Below the pieces are notes generated by a model. That model did not search any database. It was given only the letters and a program-made list of their open reading frames with translations, and had not been told where the DNA came from. A stretch of DNA of 44,261 nucleotides from Dongiaceae bacterium (GTDB taxonomy: Bacteria; Pseudomonadota; Alphaproteobacteria; Dongiales; Dongiaceae), in the NCBI GenBank assembly GCA_035545355.1, contig DASZYM010000118.1:1-44261 (forward strand), written 5' to 3'. Made by a program: the position numbers and the translations under genes. Of this stretch, positions 1 to 8,133 are shown piece by piece. Each line of letters starts with the position of its first letter. The first letter of the stretch is position 1.

Positions 1-377
1 AACTCGGTCGTCACCGTCTTGCCCAGGACCACCGCGCCGGCTTGCCGGCAGGCGGCGACGCAGGCCGCATCCCAGGCCGGCCGACGATCGCGGTAAGGCG
101 CGAAGCCCAAGCCGGTCGGCATATCATGCGTGTCGAAGATATCCTTCACGCCGAGGACCAGCCCGAGCAGGGCGCCACCGGAGCCGCGGCGATCGGCGCC
201 GCGCGCCGCGTTCATCGCGCGGTCGGCGTCGAGCCATGTCCAGGCACCGACGTCCTTCTCCCGTTCGGCGATTCTTTCGAGATAGGACTCCGTGCGCTCG
301 GTCGCACTGCGGCGACGGTCGGCGCCCCATTCGGGGGAACCGACCGTCCCATCAAGCTGCTTCAGGCAGCGCGTCAT
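1..377 (-). CDS. Amidase-signature (AS) family amidase, N-terminal part; runs off the window
   Basis: Not in the ORF track; translated by hand. ATG at 377 overlaps the nicX stop (ATGA). Reads MTRCLKQ...YLERIAEREKDVGAW...LLGLVLGVKDIFDTHDMPTGLG...DAACVAACRQAGAVVLGKTVTTE, matching the AS-amidase motifs GVKDxxD and GAVxxGKT. Confidence 0.85.
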   Translation of the reverse strand, partial: MTRCLKQLDGTVGSPEWGADRRRSATERTESYLERIAEREKDVGAWTWLDADRAMNAARGADRRGSGGALLGLVLGVKDIFDTHDMPTGLGFAPYRDRRPAWDAACVAACRQAGAVVLGKTVTTE

Positions 378-1438
378 TTCTTGACGCGCATATCGGCGGG
401 GACGACGTCCCCATCGACGACGATCGGCTCGTCATCGAGGAAGAGACTGCCGCCCTTCATCACAATGTCGAGATGCGCCGGCGTGTCGCGCCTGCCGCCG
501 ACATCGGTGTTCGGCCCGGTGGACCAGAGGATGTTGCCGTAGAAGGCACGGCCGTTCTGGCCGATGGCGCTTTCCTTGTCGCTCAGGCTGATGGCGTTCC
601 ATTGGGCCGTCTCATCCAGGCCCCAGCCGATATGGGCCATGGCAAAAGCATCCGGATCGTTCCAGGAATCCATGAAGTGCTTCAGATGCATCGCATCGAA
701 GCCGCCCTCGATGTTGACGATGAAGCCGTCCTTGACGGTGATGTGGATTTCGCTGCGCACGAATTCCTTGAACGGGAAGATGATGTCGCCTTCGCGCAGG
801 ACGATCTTGCCGTTGCTCTTGCCTTCATCGGGCCAGGTATAGGCGAAGACCCCGGGGAAGTGATCCCACCGGCCCGGCTGGTCGGTGTAGCCGTACTGGA
901 CGATCGGCGGATACTGGCCGAGCTCGTAGGTCAGGTCGGTGCCCGCGCTGTTCTTGATCCGCAGCTTCTTGGCCGCGGCGATGCGGCGTCCGGCCGCTTC
1001 CGATCGCGCGCGGCTGTCGGGGCGGGCGATCATCCGCGCCAGGTTGTCGGCCGGCTCGACCACCATCAGCACGCGCGTTCCGGCCTTCTGGATCTCGACC
1101 TGCTCCGGCGAATGGAGCAGACCGATCAGGTCGATGAGAATGCCGGCTTTCTTGAGCATCTCGACGCCGGAGCGATGTCCGGTGAGCGGCGTCCGGCCCC
1201 AGGAGGCGCCCTGCGCGCTGGTCGGCCCGGATTGCGACGGCAGCATCGGCGCCGGAAGATTTAGGTGGAACACCTCGGCCCTCAAGAGCTGGCCCGCGGC
1301 GACAAAGGCATCGATGTAATCCTGCCGCGTGTTCGGACCGCTGAGGACGGCCATGACTTCGCCGTCCTTCACCTTGCAGAGCTCCAACTCGCGCCGGAAC
1401 AAATCGACTAACGCCATACTGCTCATTGCATTCTCCAT
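374..1438 (-). CDS. nicX: 2,5-dihydroxypyridine 5,6-dioxygenase (NicX/Hpo type)
   Basis: Motifs LLHSPEQ, GQYP..QYGYTDQPGRWDH, AHIGWGL, RAFYGN..WSTGPNT.VGG.R.TPAHLDI resemble P. putida NicX as recalled. The candidate His/His/Asp Fe(II) ligands (HIGWG, HLD) are present. Confidence 0.88.
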   Translation of the reverse strand: MENAMSSMALVDLFRRELELCKVKDGEVMAVLSGPNTRQDYIDAFVAAGQLLRAEVFHLNLPAPMLPSQSGPTSAQGASWGRTPLTGHRSGVEMLKKAGILIDLIGLLHSPEQVEIQKAGTRVLMVVEPADNLARMIARPDSRARSEAAGRRIAAAKKLRIKNSAGTDLTYELGQYPPIVQYGYTDQPGRWDHFPGVFAYTWPDEGKSNGKIVLREGDIIFPFKEFVRSEIHITVKDGFIVNIEGGFDAMHLKHFMDSWNDPDAFAMAHIGWGLDETAQWNAISLSDKESAIGQNGRAFYGNILWSTGPNTDVGGRRDTPAHLDIVMKGGSLFLDDEPIVVDGDVVPADMRVKK

Positions 1439-1453
1439 CCAGTATTCATGTGG

Positions 1454-2467
1454 CTAGACAGCGAGCCAATCGCTGACGCGCGCGCGCACGAACGCGGCAT
1501 CGGCCGGGTTCTGTCGCGGGTTGCCGGCAACGTGCCCCCAGACGCTGGGGATCGGGGTGAGGCGCGCATTGCGCAGATGCTTCAGCTCCAGCTCGTTATC
1601 CGCCACGCGGAAATAGAGGTCCGTCGCACCGGGCATGAGCAGGACCCGACATTGGATCGCGGCCAAAGCCGCAGCCAGGTCGCCGCCGAACCGCGCGTTG
1701 GCGCTGATGTCGCCGTGCAGCCAGGTGTTCAGATGCGCGTGGAGGTCCGATCCATGCCGCATCGCGAACCGGCCGTCCCAGTTCTTGGCGATGTACTCGT
1801 CGAGAATCTGCGCGCCGCCGACGCCGAGATATTTCTGCTCGCGATAGAATTCCTGGCTCAACGCCCAGCCGGCATAGACCCGCCCGAAGGCGCGCAGCGC
1901 GGCTTCCGGCCGGCTGCTGAAACGCCCGTTGCCGACGTATTGGGGCGCGGCTTCGAGGATCGCCATCATCCCTTGGACGAAGACCTTGTTGTGCGGAGAG
2001 GTGCGCGCGCTGCCGCAATTGACGACGATGCTTTCGACGGCATCGGGGAACAGCGCGGCCCAATGATAGGCCTGCTGGGCGCCCATCGACCATCCGTAGA
2101 CGCATTTGACGCGGGTGATGCCGAACTGCTCCTCGAGCAGCCGCTGCTGGGCGCGAACGTTGTCGGCGGCGGTCACCAGCGACGGATAGCCGTTCTTATG
2201 CGATGGGCTCGAGGAAAGGCCGTTCCCGAACATGTTCGGGATGATGATGAACCAGCGGGATGAATCGAGGATGCCGTCAGGGCCGATCAGCCAGTCGATA
2301 TCGGAATCCTGCGCGGCGAAGCTCGTCGGATACAGGATCACGTTGTCCTTGTCGGGCGACAACGTCCCATAGGTCTTCCAGACCAGCTTCGCGCTCGGGA
2401 AGCTTTCGCCGGATTCGACCGTGAAGTCCTGCAGGAAGAATTCGTTCGCCCCGTTCTTGTCAGCCAT
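1454..2467 (-). CDS. Alpha/beta hydrolase of the homoserine O-acetyltransferase (MetX)-like fold; function here uncertain
   Basis: YGWSMGAQQA nucleophile elbow, TDLYF Asp and WGHVAG His form an intact triad. N-terminus (KTYGTL, NMFGNGLSSSPS) is MetX-like, but the HALTG motif is absent. Confidence 0.8.
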   Translation of the reverse strand: MADKNGANEFFLQDFTVESGESFPSAKLVWKTYGTLSPDKDNVILYPTSFAAQDSDIDWLIGPDGILDSSRWFIIIPNMFGNGLSSSPSHKNGYPSLVTAADNVRAQQRLLEEQFGITRVKCVYGWSMGAQQAYHWAALFPDAVESIVVNCGSARTSPHNKVFVQGMMAILEAAPQYVGNGRFSSRPEAALRAFGRVYAGWALSQEFYREQKYLGVGGAQILDEYIAKNWDGRFAMRHGSDLHAHLNTWLHGDISANARFGGDLAAALAAIQCRVLLMPGATDLYFRVADNELELKHLRNARLTPIPSVWGHVAGNPRQNPADAAFVRARVSDWLAV

Positions 2468-2494
2468 GGATCAAGCCTTTTGTCATCCCGCGCC

Positions 2495-2998
2495 TCAGCC
2501 GACGGCTTCCAGCTTGTGGTAGGTCCGGTTGGAGAAGATGAGCGGATCGTCGGAGCCGGTCTGCAGCGCCAGCACTTCCCCGGCGATGATCGTGTGGGTG
2601 CCGAACTCGAACGTCTTCGCGACGCTGCAGTCGAAGCTGCACAGGCTGCCCAGCAGCGCCGGCGCGCCGGTGACGATCGGCGCCCAGGCCCCGACGTCGA
2701 ACCGTCTCTCGCGGTATTCGGGCACCAGCCCGGCGAACACGTCCGCCACGATCGACTGTCCGGCGGACAGGAAATTCGCGGTGAAGACGCCGTTCGCCAG
2801 CAGGATTTCCAGCGCCTTGCTCTGGCGATGGACGCAGCAGATCACCGAGGCCGGCTCGAACGACAGCGACGAGAGCGACGAGACGGTGACGCCGACGCGG
2901 CCCGCCGGCCCGTCGGTCGCCAGGACGCCGACGGCCGAGGCGGTGCGGCGCATCACCGCCCGGAACTCTTCGATGTCGAGGGCCGGCCGGTCCGTCAT
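2495..2998 (-). CDS. Flavin reductase (HpaC/TftC/RutF family), small component of the monooxygenase
   Basis: FRAVMRR..S.VGVLAT, G.TVSSLSSLSFEP, FTANFL, FGTHTIIAGEV, PLIF motifs. Start moved to ATG 2998, which overlaps the upstream stop (ATGA). Confidence 0.9.
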   Translation of the reverse strand: MTDRPALDIEEFRAVMRRTASAVGVLATDGPAGRVGVTVSSLSSLSFEPASVICCVHRQSKALEILLANGVFTANFLSAGQSIVADVFAGLVPEYRERRFDVGAWAPIVTGAPALLGSLCSFDCSVAKTFEFGTHTIIAGEVLALQTGSDDPLIFSNRTYHKLEAVG

Positions 2999-3300
2999 GC
3001 CGCATCGCCCGGCTCGAACGGCAGGTAGCGCTCGATGCGGCGGTCGTCGAGGAACGCCGGGATGATGCCTTTCGCCCATTTCGCGAAGTGCTCGGTCGCC
3101 TGATGCGCGCGATAGGCCTGCTCGTCGGCATAGAGCTCGTAGAGGAAGAACTTCCGCGCATCCTCGGGGTCGCGATGGAACCTATATTCCAGGCAGCCCG
3201 GCTCCTTGCGCGTATCCGCGGCGAGCCGGGCGACGGCCTGCAGGAAGGACCGTTCTTCGCCCGCCTTGACGACGTACATGACACAAGAGGAATAGCCCAT
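2995..3300 (-). CDS. ABM-domain protein (antibiotic biosynthesis/quinol monooxygenase family)
   Basis: TRKEPGCLEYRFH, FFLYELYADEQAYRAHQATEHF is typical of ABM/LsrG-like proteins. GAGGGA RBS upstream. Confidence 0.88.
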   Translation of the reverse strand: MGYSSCVMYVVKAGEERSFLQAVARLAADTRKEPGCLEYRFHRDPEDARKFFLYELYADEQAYRAHQATEHFAKWAKGIIPAFLDDRRIERYLPFEPGDAA

Positions 3301-3330
3301 CGTCCCTCGCTCCTGATCCCGCGCCTGCGT

Positions 3331-4815
3331 CTAGATGCCCGCCAGATCGCGCGCCGTGCGCATCAGCTTCTCCCGCGAATATTCCCGATAGAGGCGTTCG
3401 CGCAGGAAATTTGCCGGCGTCGCATTGACGTTCTCGAACAGCTCGGTCCGGCCGGCATGCGAATCCGTGGTGAGGTCCCAGATGAAGTTCATCAGCCGGT
3501 TCTTGTCGCGCGCGGACATGTTCTTGCCCGGCAGCAGCTCGTCGAGCAGCGGCCCGATCTCCTGGTTCTCGAAATCGGCGCGCTGGAACCGCATCACCAG
3601 CCCCTGGCCGCAGAGCTCCTGCACCGTATGGATGATGCGCGGATAGTGCTCGATCGAATGCAGGCGGCCGGCGGTCAGCATATTGACGTCCGGCGCCAGG
3701 ACGCCGTTCTCGCTCGGCTGGGCCAGTCTCTCGGCGGCCAGCACGAAGGCCTTCAGCGTCTGGGCATAGGTGATGAGCTCGGCCAGATAGGCGCGGACCT
3801 GCGGGATGTGATCCGTGCCCAGGACGTTCATCACCATCTGGCCGATGCCGACGAAGAGATCCGCCTTGACCGCCAGCCGGCTGAGGATGTGCCAGTGCAC
3901 CCAGAGCGTCACCGGCCCGTAGAGCTTCAGCAGTTCCGGGTCGCCGACATTGAAGAGGCGCTCGTTCGGCACGAAGACATTGTCGAAAATGATGAGCTGG
4001 TCGGATTCCTCGCCCCGGCTCGACAGCGGGTGGTCGAAGGGGTCGGCATCGGGATGCGAGACGGTCTCGCGGCAGACGAATTTCAGCCCCTCGGTCGCCA
4101 CCGGCACCGCGCCCCAGACGCAGGCTTCCGGCGGGAAATCCGGGCGCGTCAGGTTGGAGAAGATGATCTCGTCGGCCTGCGCCGCGATCGATCCCACGGA
4201 TTTCGCGCCGCGCAGCCGCACGCCGCCTTTCTCCCGCGCCACCACCCGCAGCAGGCCCGCAGAGGCCGACGATCCGGCGGACCGGTCGGCCTGGGGATCG
4301 GCCAGCACTTCCGCCGCGATGATGTTGCTGCGCCGGCCGTAGTCGATATAGCGGTCGATGTTGTCGGCGAAGTCGACGTTGAGAGCGGACTTCTTGAACA
4401 GCGGCTTGCGCGCATAGAGGCCGACCGCGATCAGCGGCGCCAGATCGGGCGGACGGCCGAAGCTGCCGGCGGTCTTCAGCGTGGTGTATTCGATCAGCTT
4501 GCGCCGCTCGACGAAGTCCTCCGGCTTGCGGATGAGCTGCCAGGAGCGGCTGCTCCGCGCGCCCTCGTCGTCGATATAGGTCGTGACCTCGGAGAGCTCC
4601 GGGTCGAACTGCGCGTCGAACATCTCCGACAGCATCGCAATGCCGGGCCCGAGCGCCGGATGGGTGGTCACGTCGTTGATCAGCTTCCCGCCGTTCCAGA
4701 CCTTGCGGCCGTCCTTCAGCGCCGCCTTGTATTGCGCGCCGGTGCGAAGATGGACGGCATCCGCCTGCGCCTTGTCGCGCACCAGGACTTGAGATTCGGC
4801 ATTAGCAACACTCAT
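3331..4815 (-). CDS. FADH2-dependent monooxygenase, oxygenase component (HpaB family, TftD/TcpA-like subgroup)
   Basis: LRTGAQY..ALKDGRKVW, GSFGRPPD, DPQADRS, HPLSSRGEE.D...FDNVFVP, WVHWHILSR, GR.ELFENVNATP. Start set at ATG 4815 after a GGAG RBS. Confidence 0.9.
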   Translation of the reverse strand: MSVANAESQVLVRDKAQADAVHLRTGAQYKAALKDGRKVWNGGKLINDVTTHPALGPGIAMLSEMFDAQFDPELSEVTTYIDDEGARSSRSWQLIRKPEDFVERRKLIEYTTLKTAGSFGRPPDLAPLIAVGLYARKPLFKKSALNVDFADNIDRYIDYGRRSNIIAAEVLADPQADRSAGSSASAGLLRVVAREKGGVRLRGAKSVGSIAAQADEIIFSNLTRPDFPPEACVWGAVPVATEGLKFVCRETVSHPDADPFDHPLSSRGEESDQLIIFDNVFVPNERLFNVGDPELLKLYGPVTLWVHWHILSRLAVKADLFVGIGQMVMNVLGTDHIPQVRAYLAELITYAQTLKAFVLAAERLAQPSENGVLAPDVNMLTAGRLHSIEHYPRIIHTVQELCGQGLVMRFQRADFENQEIGPLLDELLPGKNMSARDKNRLMNFIWDLTTDSHAGRTELFENVNATPANFLRERLYREYSREKLMRTARDLAGI

Positions 4816-5008
4816 TTCAGCTCCCACGGATTTGCGGTGGCGGCTTCGATCCAAGCCAACAGCGTTTTCAGCACGTCAGAAATTCGCGCGGCCAAGAGCG
4901 CGCGTGATATCTCGCGCTTCTCCCAATCCCGCGCCGGCATGTCGGACGACACGCGCTTCACCTCCCTCGGACGCGGGCTGTTTCCTCCAGCCTCGTTTGT
5001 TCTTAATA

Positions 5009-5039
5009 TGAATGATATTCAGAAATGAACGTCAGTCAA
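5009..5039 (-). promoter_or_regulatory. Sigma70-like promoter of the monooxygenase operon, overlapped by two TGA-N7-TCA palindromes (candidate TetR operators)
   Basis: Minus strand TTGACT (5039-5034), 16 nt, TATCAT (5017-5012). Palindromes TGAATGATATTCA at 5009-5021 and TGAACGTCAGTCA at 5026-5038. Confidence 0.6.
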
Positions 5040-5180
5040 CATCGATTCTTAGTCGCATTGAAAAACTTCCCAATGGCCGGAGTTCGCGGAGCGCGTCCGG
5101 CACCGTCGCGCCGGGAAGGTTTTCGCTGGGCGGCAAAAGTGATAACAGGCCGGCGTGCAGCGCGATGGAAAGAGAAGAGA

Positions 5181-5822
5181 ATGACGACGGGTGCGGTCGC
5201 CGGAACCAAGACCAGGCATGAAAGACGCCGGCGCAAGAATCGCGAGGCACTGATCAATGCCGGCTACAAGATCATCGCCGAGAAGGGCATCGATGCGGCG
5301 ACCATGGCCGAGATCGCGGAGGCGGCGGATGTCGGCGCCGGCACGGCCTACAATCACTTCGCGTCGAAGGACGAGCTGGTGATGGTGGTGATGGAGCAGG
5401 TCATGCACCGGCTCGCCATCCGCATCAAGGCCGCGACCGAGAGCTTCGACGACCCCGCGCAGGTCTTTGCCTTCGGCGTCCTCACGACCATGCAGACCGC
5501 CACCACGGACAGCCGCTGGCGCTGGCTGTTGCGGCGCTCGGAGGTCATCGCCGACGCGATGTTCCGCGTGCTGGGCCCATACGCCATCCACGATCTCGAA
5601 CGCGCGGCCAAGGCCAAGCGCTTCCGGTTCCGCGACGCGGCGCTCGTCTATCGCATGGCGACCCATGCGATCGTCGGTTTCTGCCTGACCGCCTGCGACG
5701 GCGAGACCACGCCCGGCGACATGAACGAGGCGGTCGTGCTGCTGCTCGGTCTGGCCGGCATGTCGCGCAAGGAGGCCGAGGAGATCTGCAAGCGGAATTG
5801 GCCCAAGCTGCCGCGAGACTAG
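5181..5822 (+). CDS. TetR/AcrR family transcriptional regulator
   Basis: HTH region ATMAEIAEAADVGAGTAYNHFASKDEL. Divergent from the monooxygenase operon. Start set at ATG 5181 after a purine-rich tract. Confidence 0.92.
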   Translation: MTTGAVAGTKTRHERRRRKNREALINAGYKIIAEKGIDAATMAEIAEAADVGAGTAYNHFASKDELVMVVMEQVMHRLAIRIKAATESFDDPAQVFAFGVLTTMQTATTDSRWRWLLRRSEVIADAMFRVLGPYAIHDLERAAKAKRFRFRDAALVYRMATHAIVGFCLTACDGETTPGDMNEAVVLLLGLAGMSRKEAEEICKRNWPKLPRD

Positions 5823-5883
5823 GCCGCGCGCGCCCTCAAGGCCCGGCATCGGGCCGCAATCGACGGCCACCGCCCGGCCTTGC

Positions 5884-5931
5884 TTGACACGCTTCGGCGG
5901 CAACGGTACTGCTCTTTTGGAACGCTCCAAA
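5884..5931 (+). promoter_or_regulatory. Promoter plus LacI-type operator, site 1
   Basis: TTGACA at 5884-5889, 17 nt, TACTGC (weak -10). Operator TTTGGAACGCTCCAAA at 5916-5931. Confidence 0.75.
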
Positions 5932-5935
5932 CGGT

Positions 5936-6940
5936 ATGGATGCCATGGCAAACGCGAAGATCAAGATCGGGATGGTCACCGAGGCGATGGCCAGCAAGCC
6001 GCTGCAGGAGATCATGGATTGGGTGGTCAAGGCCGCCCCCGAGCTGACCGGGCTGGAGATCGGCACCGGCGCCTACGCCCCCACCACCCATTGCGACATG
6101 CCCGGCCTGCTGAAGGATGCCGGCGCCCGGCGCGCCTATCAGAAGGAGATCGAGAGCCGCGGGCTCGAGATCTGCGCCTTCAACTGCTGGGGCAACCCGA
6201 TGCATCCGGACGAGGGCATCGCCCGGGCGCATGACGCCGCGCTGCGCGACACGATCCGGCTGGCCGCCGAATGCGGCGTCGATCGCATCGTCGGCATGGC
6301 CGGCTGCCCGGCGGGATCGGCCGGCGACGCGACGCCGCATTTCGCCGGCGGCGGCTGGCTGCCTTATCTGGAGAACGTCTATCAGCGCCAATGGGACCAG
6401 CGGATCCAGGACTACTGGGCCGAGGTCGGCGCCTTCGCGGTCAAGACCCATCCCGACCTGATGATCTGCCTCGAGCTCCATCCCGGCACGGTCGCCTACA
6501 ACGTGCAGACCTTCGAGAAGCTCGCCGCCCTCTCGCCCGCTATTGCCGCGAATATCGATCCGAGTCATTTCTTCTGGATGCATATGGATGCGAATCTCGT
6601 GGTGCGGCGGCTGGGCGACCGGATCGGCTACTCCCATGGCAAGGACGTGGTGTTCCGCGCCGAGAAGCTGGCGCTGAACGGGCTGCTCGATCACCGCTGG
6701 CCGATGCCGGCGGAGGAGATGCCGTGGAACTTCGCCGTGGTCGGGCGGGGTCACGACCTCCCCTGGTGGCGGGTGCTGATGGCGGATCTCGCCGCCGCCG
6801 GCCGGGTGAAGACCATCTCCATCGAGCATGAGGACCCGTTCGTGGCGCCGGAGATCGGCATTCCGCAGGCGGCGCGGCTGCTGGCCGAGGCGATCGGCAG
6901 CGGCGCGAAAGTTCCGGTCGGCGCCCCGGTCGGCGCATGA
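5936..6940 (+). CDS. Sugar-phosphate isomerase/epimerase family TIM-barrel protein (AP endonuclease 2 fold; IolE/YcjR/LgdB-like)
   Basis: LEIGTG, GNPMHPD, metal-ligand motifs ICLELHPG, NIDPSHFFW, SHGKD and ISIEHED. Confidence 0.88.
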   Translation: MDAMANAKIKIGMVTEAMASKPLQEIMDWVVKAAPELTGLEIGTGAYAPTTHCDMPGLLKDAGARRAYQKEIESRGLEICAFNCWGNPMHPDEGIARAHDAALRDTIRLAAECGVDRIVGMAGCPAGSAGDATPHFAGGGWLPYLENVYQRQWDQRIQDYWAEVGAFAVKTHPDLMICLELHPGTVAYNVQTFEKLAALSPAIAANIDPSHFFWMHMDANLVVRRLGDRIGYSHGKDVVFRAEKLALNGLLDHRWPMPAEEMPWNFAVVGRGHDLPWWRVLMADLAAAGRVKTISIEHEDPFVAPEIGIPQAARLLAEAIGSGAKVPVGAPVGA

Positions 6941-8091
6941 ACATGGTCCGGGCCGCCGTCACCGAGCGTCCGGGGCTGATCGCGCTGCGCGATTTTCCGA
7001 TGCCCGATCCGGCGCCGGGTGCGGCGGTCATGAAGGTGCATTATTCGGGCATCTGCGGCACCGACAAGCACACCTTCCGCGGCGAGAGCAAGCAGTATGC
7101 CGGCACCCCGCACGAGCGCGACCTCACCTATCCGCTGATCTGCGGGCATGAGAATGTCGGCGAGATCGTCGCGACCGGCGGCGAGCTGCGCGACAGCGAG
7201 GGCCGCCCGCTCAAGCCCGGCGACCGCATCGTGCCGGCGGCCAACGTGGCCTGCGGCGACTGCCATTTCTGCCGCAACGGCTATCCCTATTACATGTGCG
7301 AGAACATGGAGGATTACGGCAACAGCCTCCATTGCGGGCCGGCGCCGCACCTCTTCGGCGGCTGGTCCGAGTACATGTACCTGCTGCCCGGCACGCAATT
7401 GTTCAGGGTGCCCGACGACCTGCCGGACCATCTCGCGGTCCTGACCGAGATCATGGCGGTGACCCATGGCGTGGAGACGGCGCAGACCTTGCTGGGGATG
7501 ATCGGCGGCAGCCGCTTCGCGCAATCGGTCGCGGTGCTCGGCGTCGGCCCGTTGGGCATGTGCCACCTGGTGAAGGCGCGGCTGCTGGGCGCCGGCACGC
7601 TGATCGCCACCGACCGCTTTCCCTCGCGCCTGAAGCTGGCCGAGGAATTCGGCGCCAGCCTCACCATGTCGGTGGAGAACACCGACATGGCCGAGCGCAT
7701 CGCCCGGGCGCGCGAGCATACCGGCGGGCTCGGCCCCGACATCGTGCTGGATTGCAGCGGCTTCCCCTCGACCTTCGTCGAGGCGATCCGCATGGTGCGG
7801 GTCGGCGGCGTGGTGGTGGAGGCCGGGACCTTCGTCGATATGGGTCCGGTCGAGATCAACCCCAATTCCGACATCTGCACCAAGAATGTCAGCGTCATCG
7901 GCGTCGGCGGCGAGACCGCGACCTCCTATCTGCCCTCGATGCGCCTGATGGCGGCCAATCTGCACCGCCTGCCGCTCGAGCGCATCGTCAGCCACCGGAT
8001 GCCGCTGGAGCGCGCACCCGAGGCGATCGAGCTGGCGCAGACCGACGCCGCCATGAAGGTCGTCATGGCGCCGCATGGCACCGCGGCTTGA
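6937..8091 (+). CDS. Zn-dependent medium-chain dehydrogenase (sorbitol/threonine dehydrogenase-like)
   Basis: GICGTD, GHE.VG, structural Zn site CGDCHFC....C, Rossmann GVGPLG. ATGA overlap with the upstream gene. Confidence 0.92.
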   Translation: MNMVRAAVTERPGLIALRDFPMPDPAPGAAVMKVHYSGICGTDKHTFRGESKQYAGTPHERDLTYPLICGHENVGEIVATGGELRDSEGRPLKPGDRIVPAANVACGDCHFCRNGYPYYMCENMEDYGNSLHCGPAPHLFGGWSEYMYLLPGTQLFRVPDDLPDHLAVLTEIMAVTHGVETAQTLLGMIGGSRFAQSVAVLGVGPLGMCHLVKARLLGAGTLIATDRFPSRLKLAEEFGASLTMSVENTDMAERIARAREHTGGLGPDIVLDCSGFPSTFVEAIRMVRVGGVVVEAGTFVDMGPVEINPNSDICTKNVSVIGVGGETATSYLPSMRLMAANLHRLPLERIVSHRMPLERAPEAIELAQTDAAMKVVMAPHGTAA

Positions 8092-8133
8092 GAGCGCCGC
8101 GCGTGCCCTGCGCCGCATGAGCGGCGCGATCTG

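Noticed and set aside
374-1438. Leucyl aminopeptidase (M29) call
   Set aside because: The fold is related, but the specific motifs and gene context fit NicX dioxygenase.
1454-2467. metX for methionine biosynthesis
   Set aside because: It lacks the HALTG motif and is embedded in a catabolic operon, so no gene symbol was given.
3331-4815. hpaB (4-hydroxyphenylacetate catabolism)
   Set aside because: The HpaB catalytic Tyr and His positions are substituted, and no homoprotocatechuate genes are nearby.
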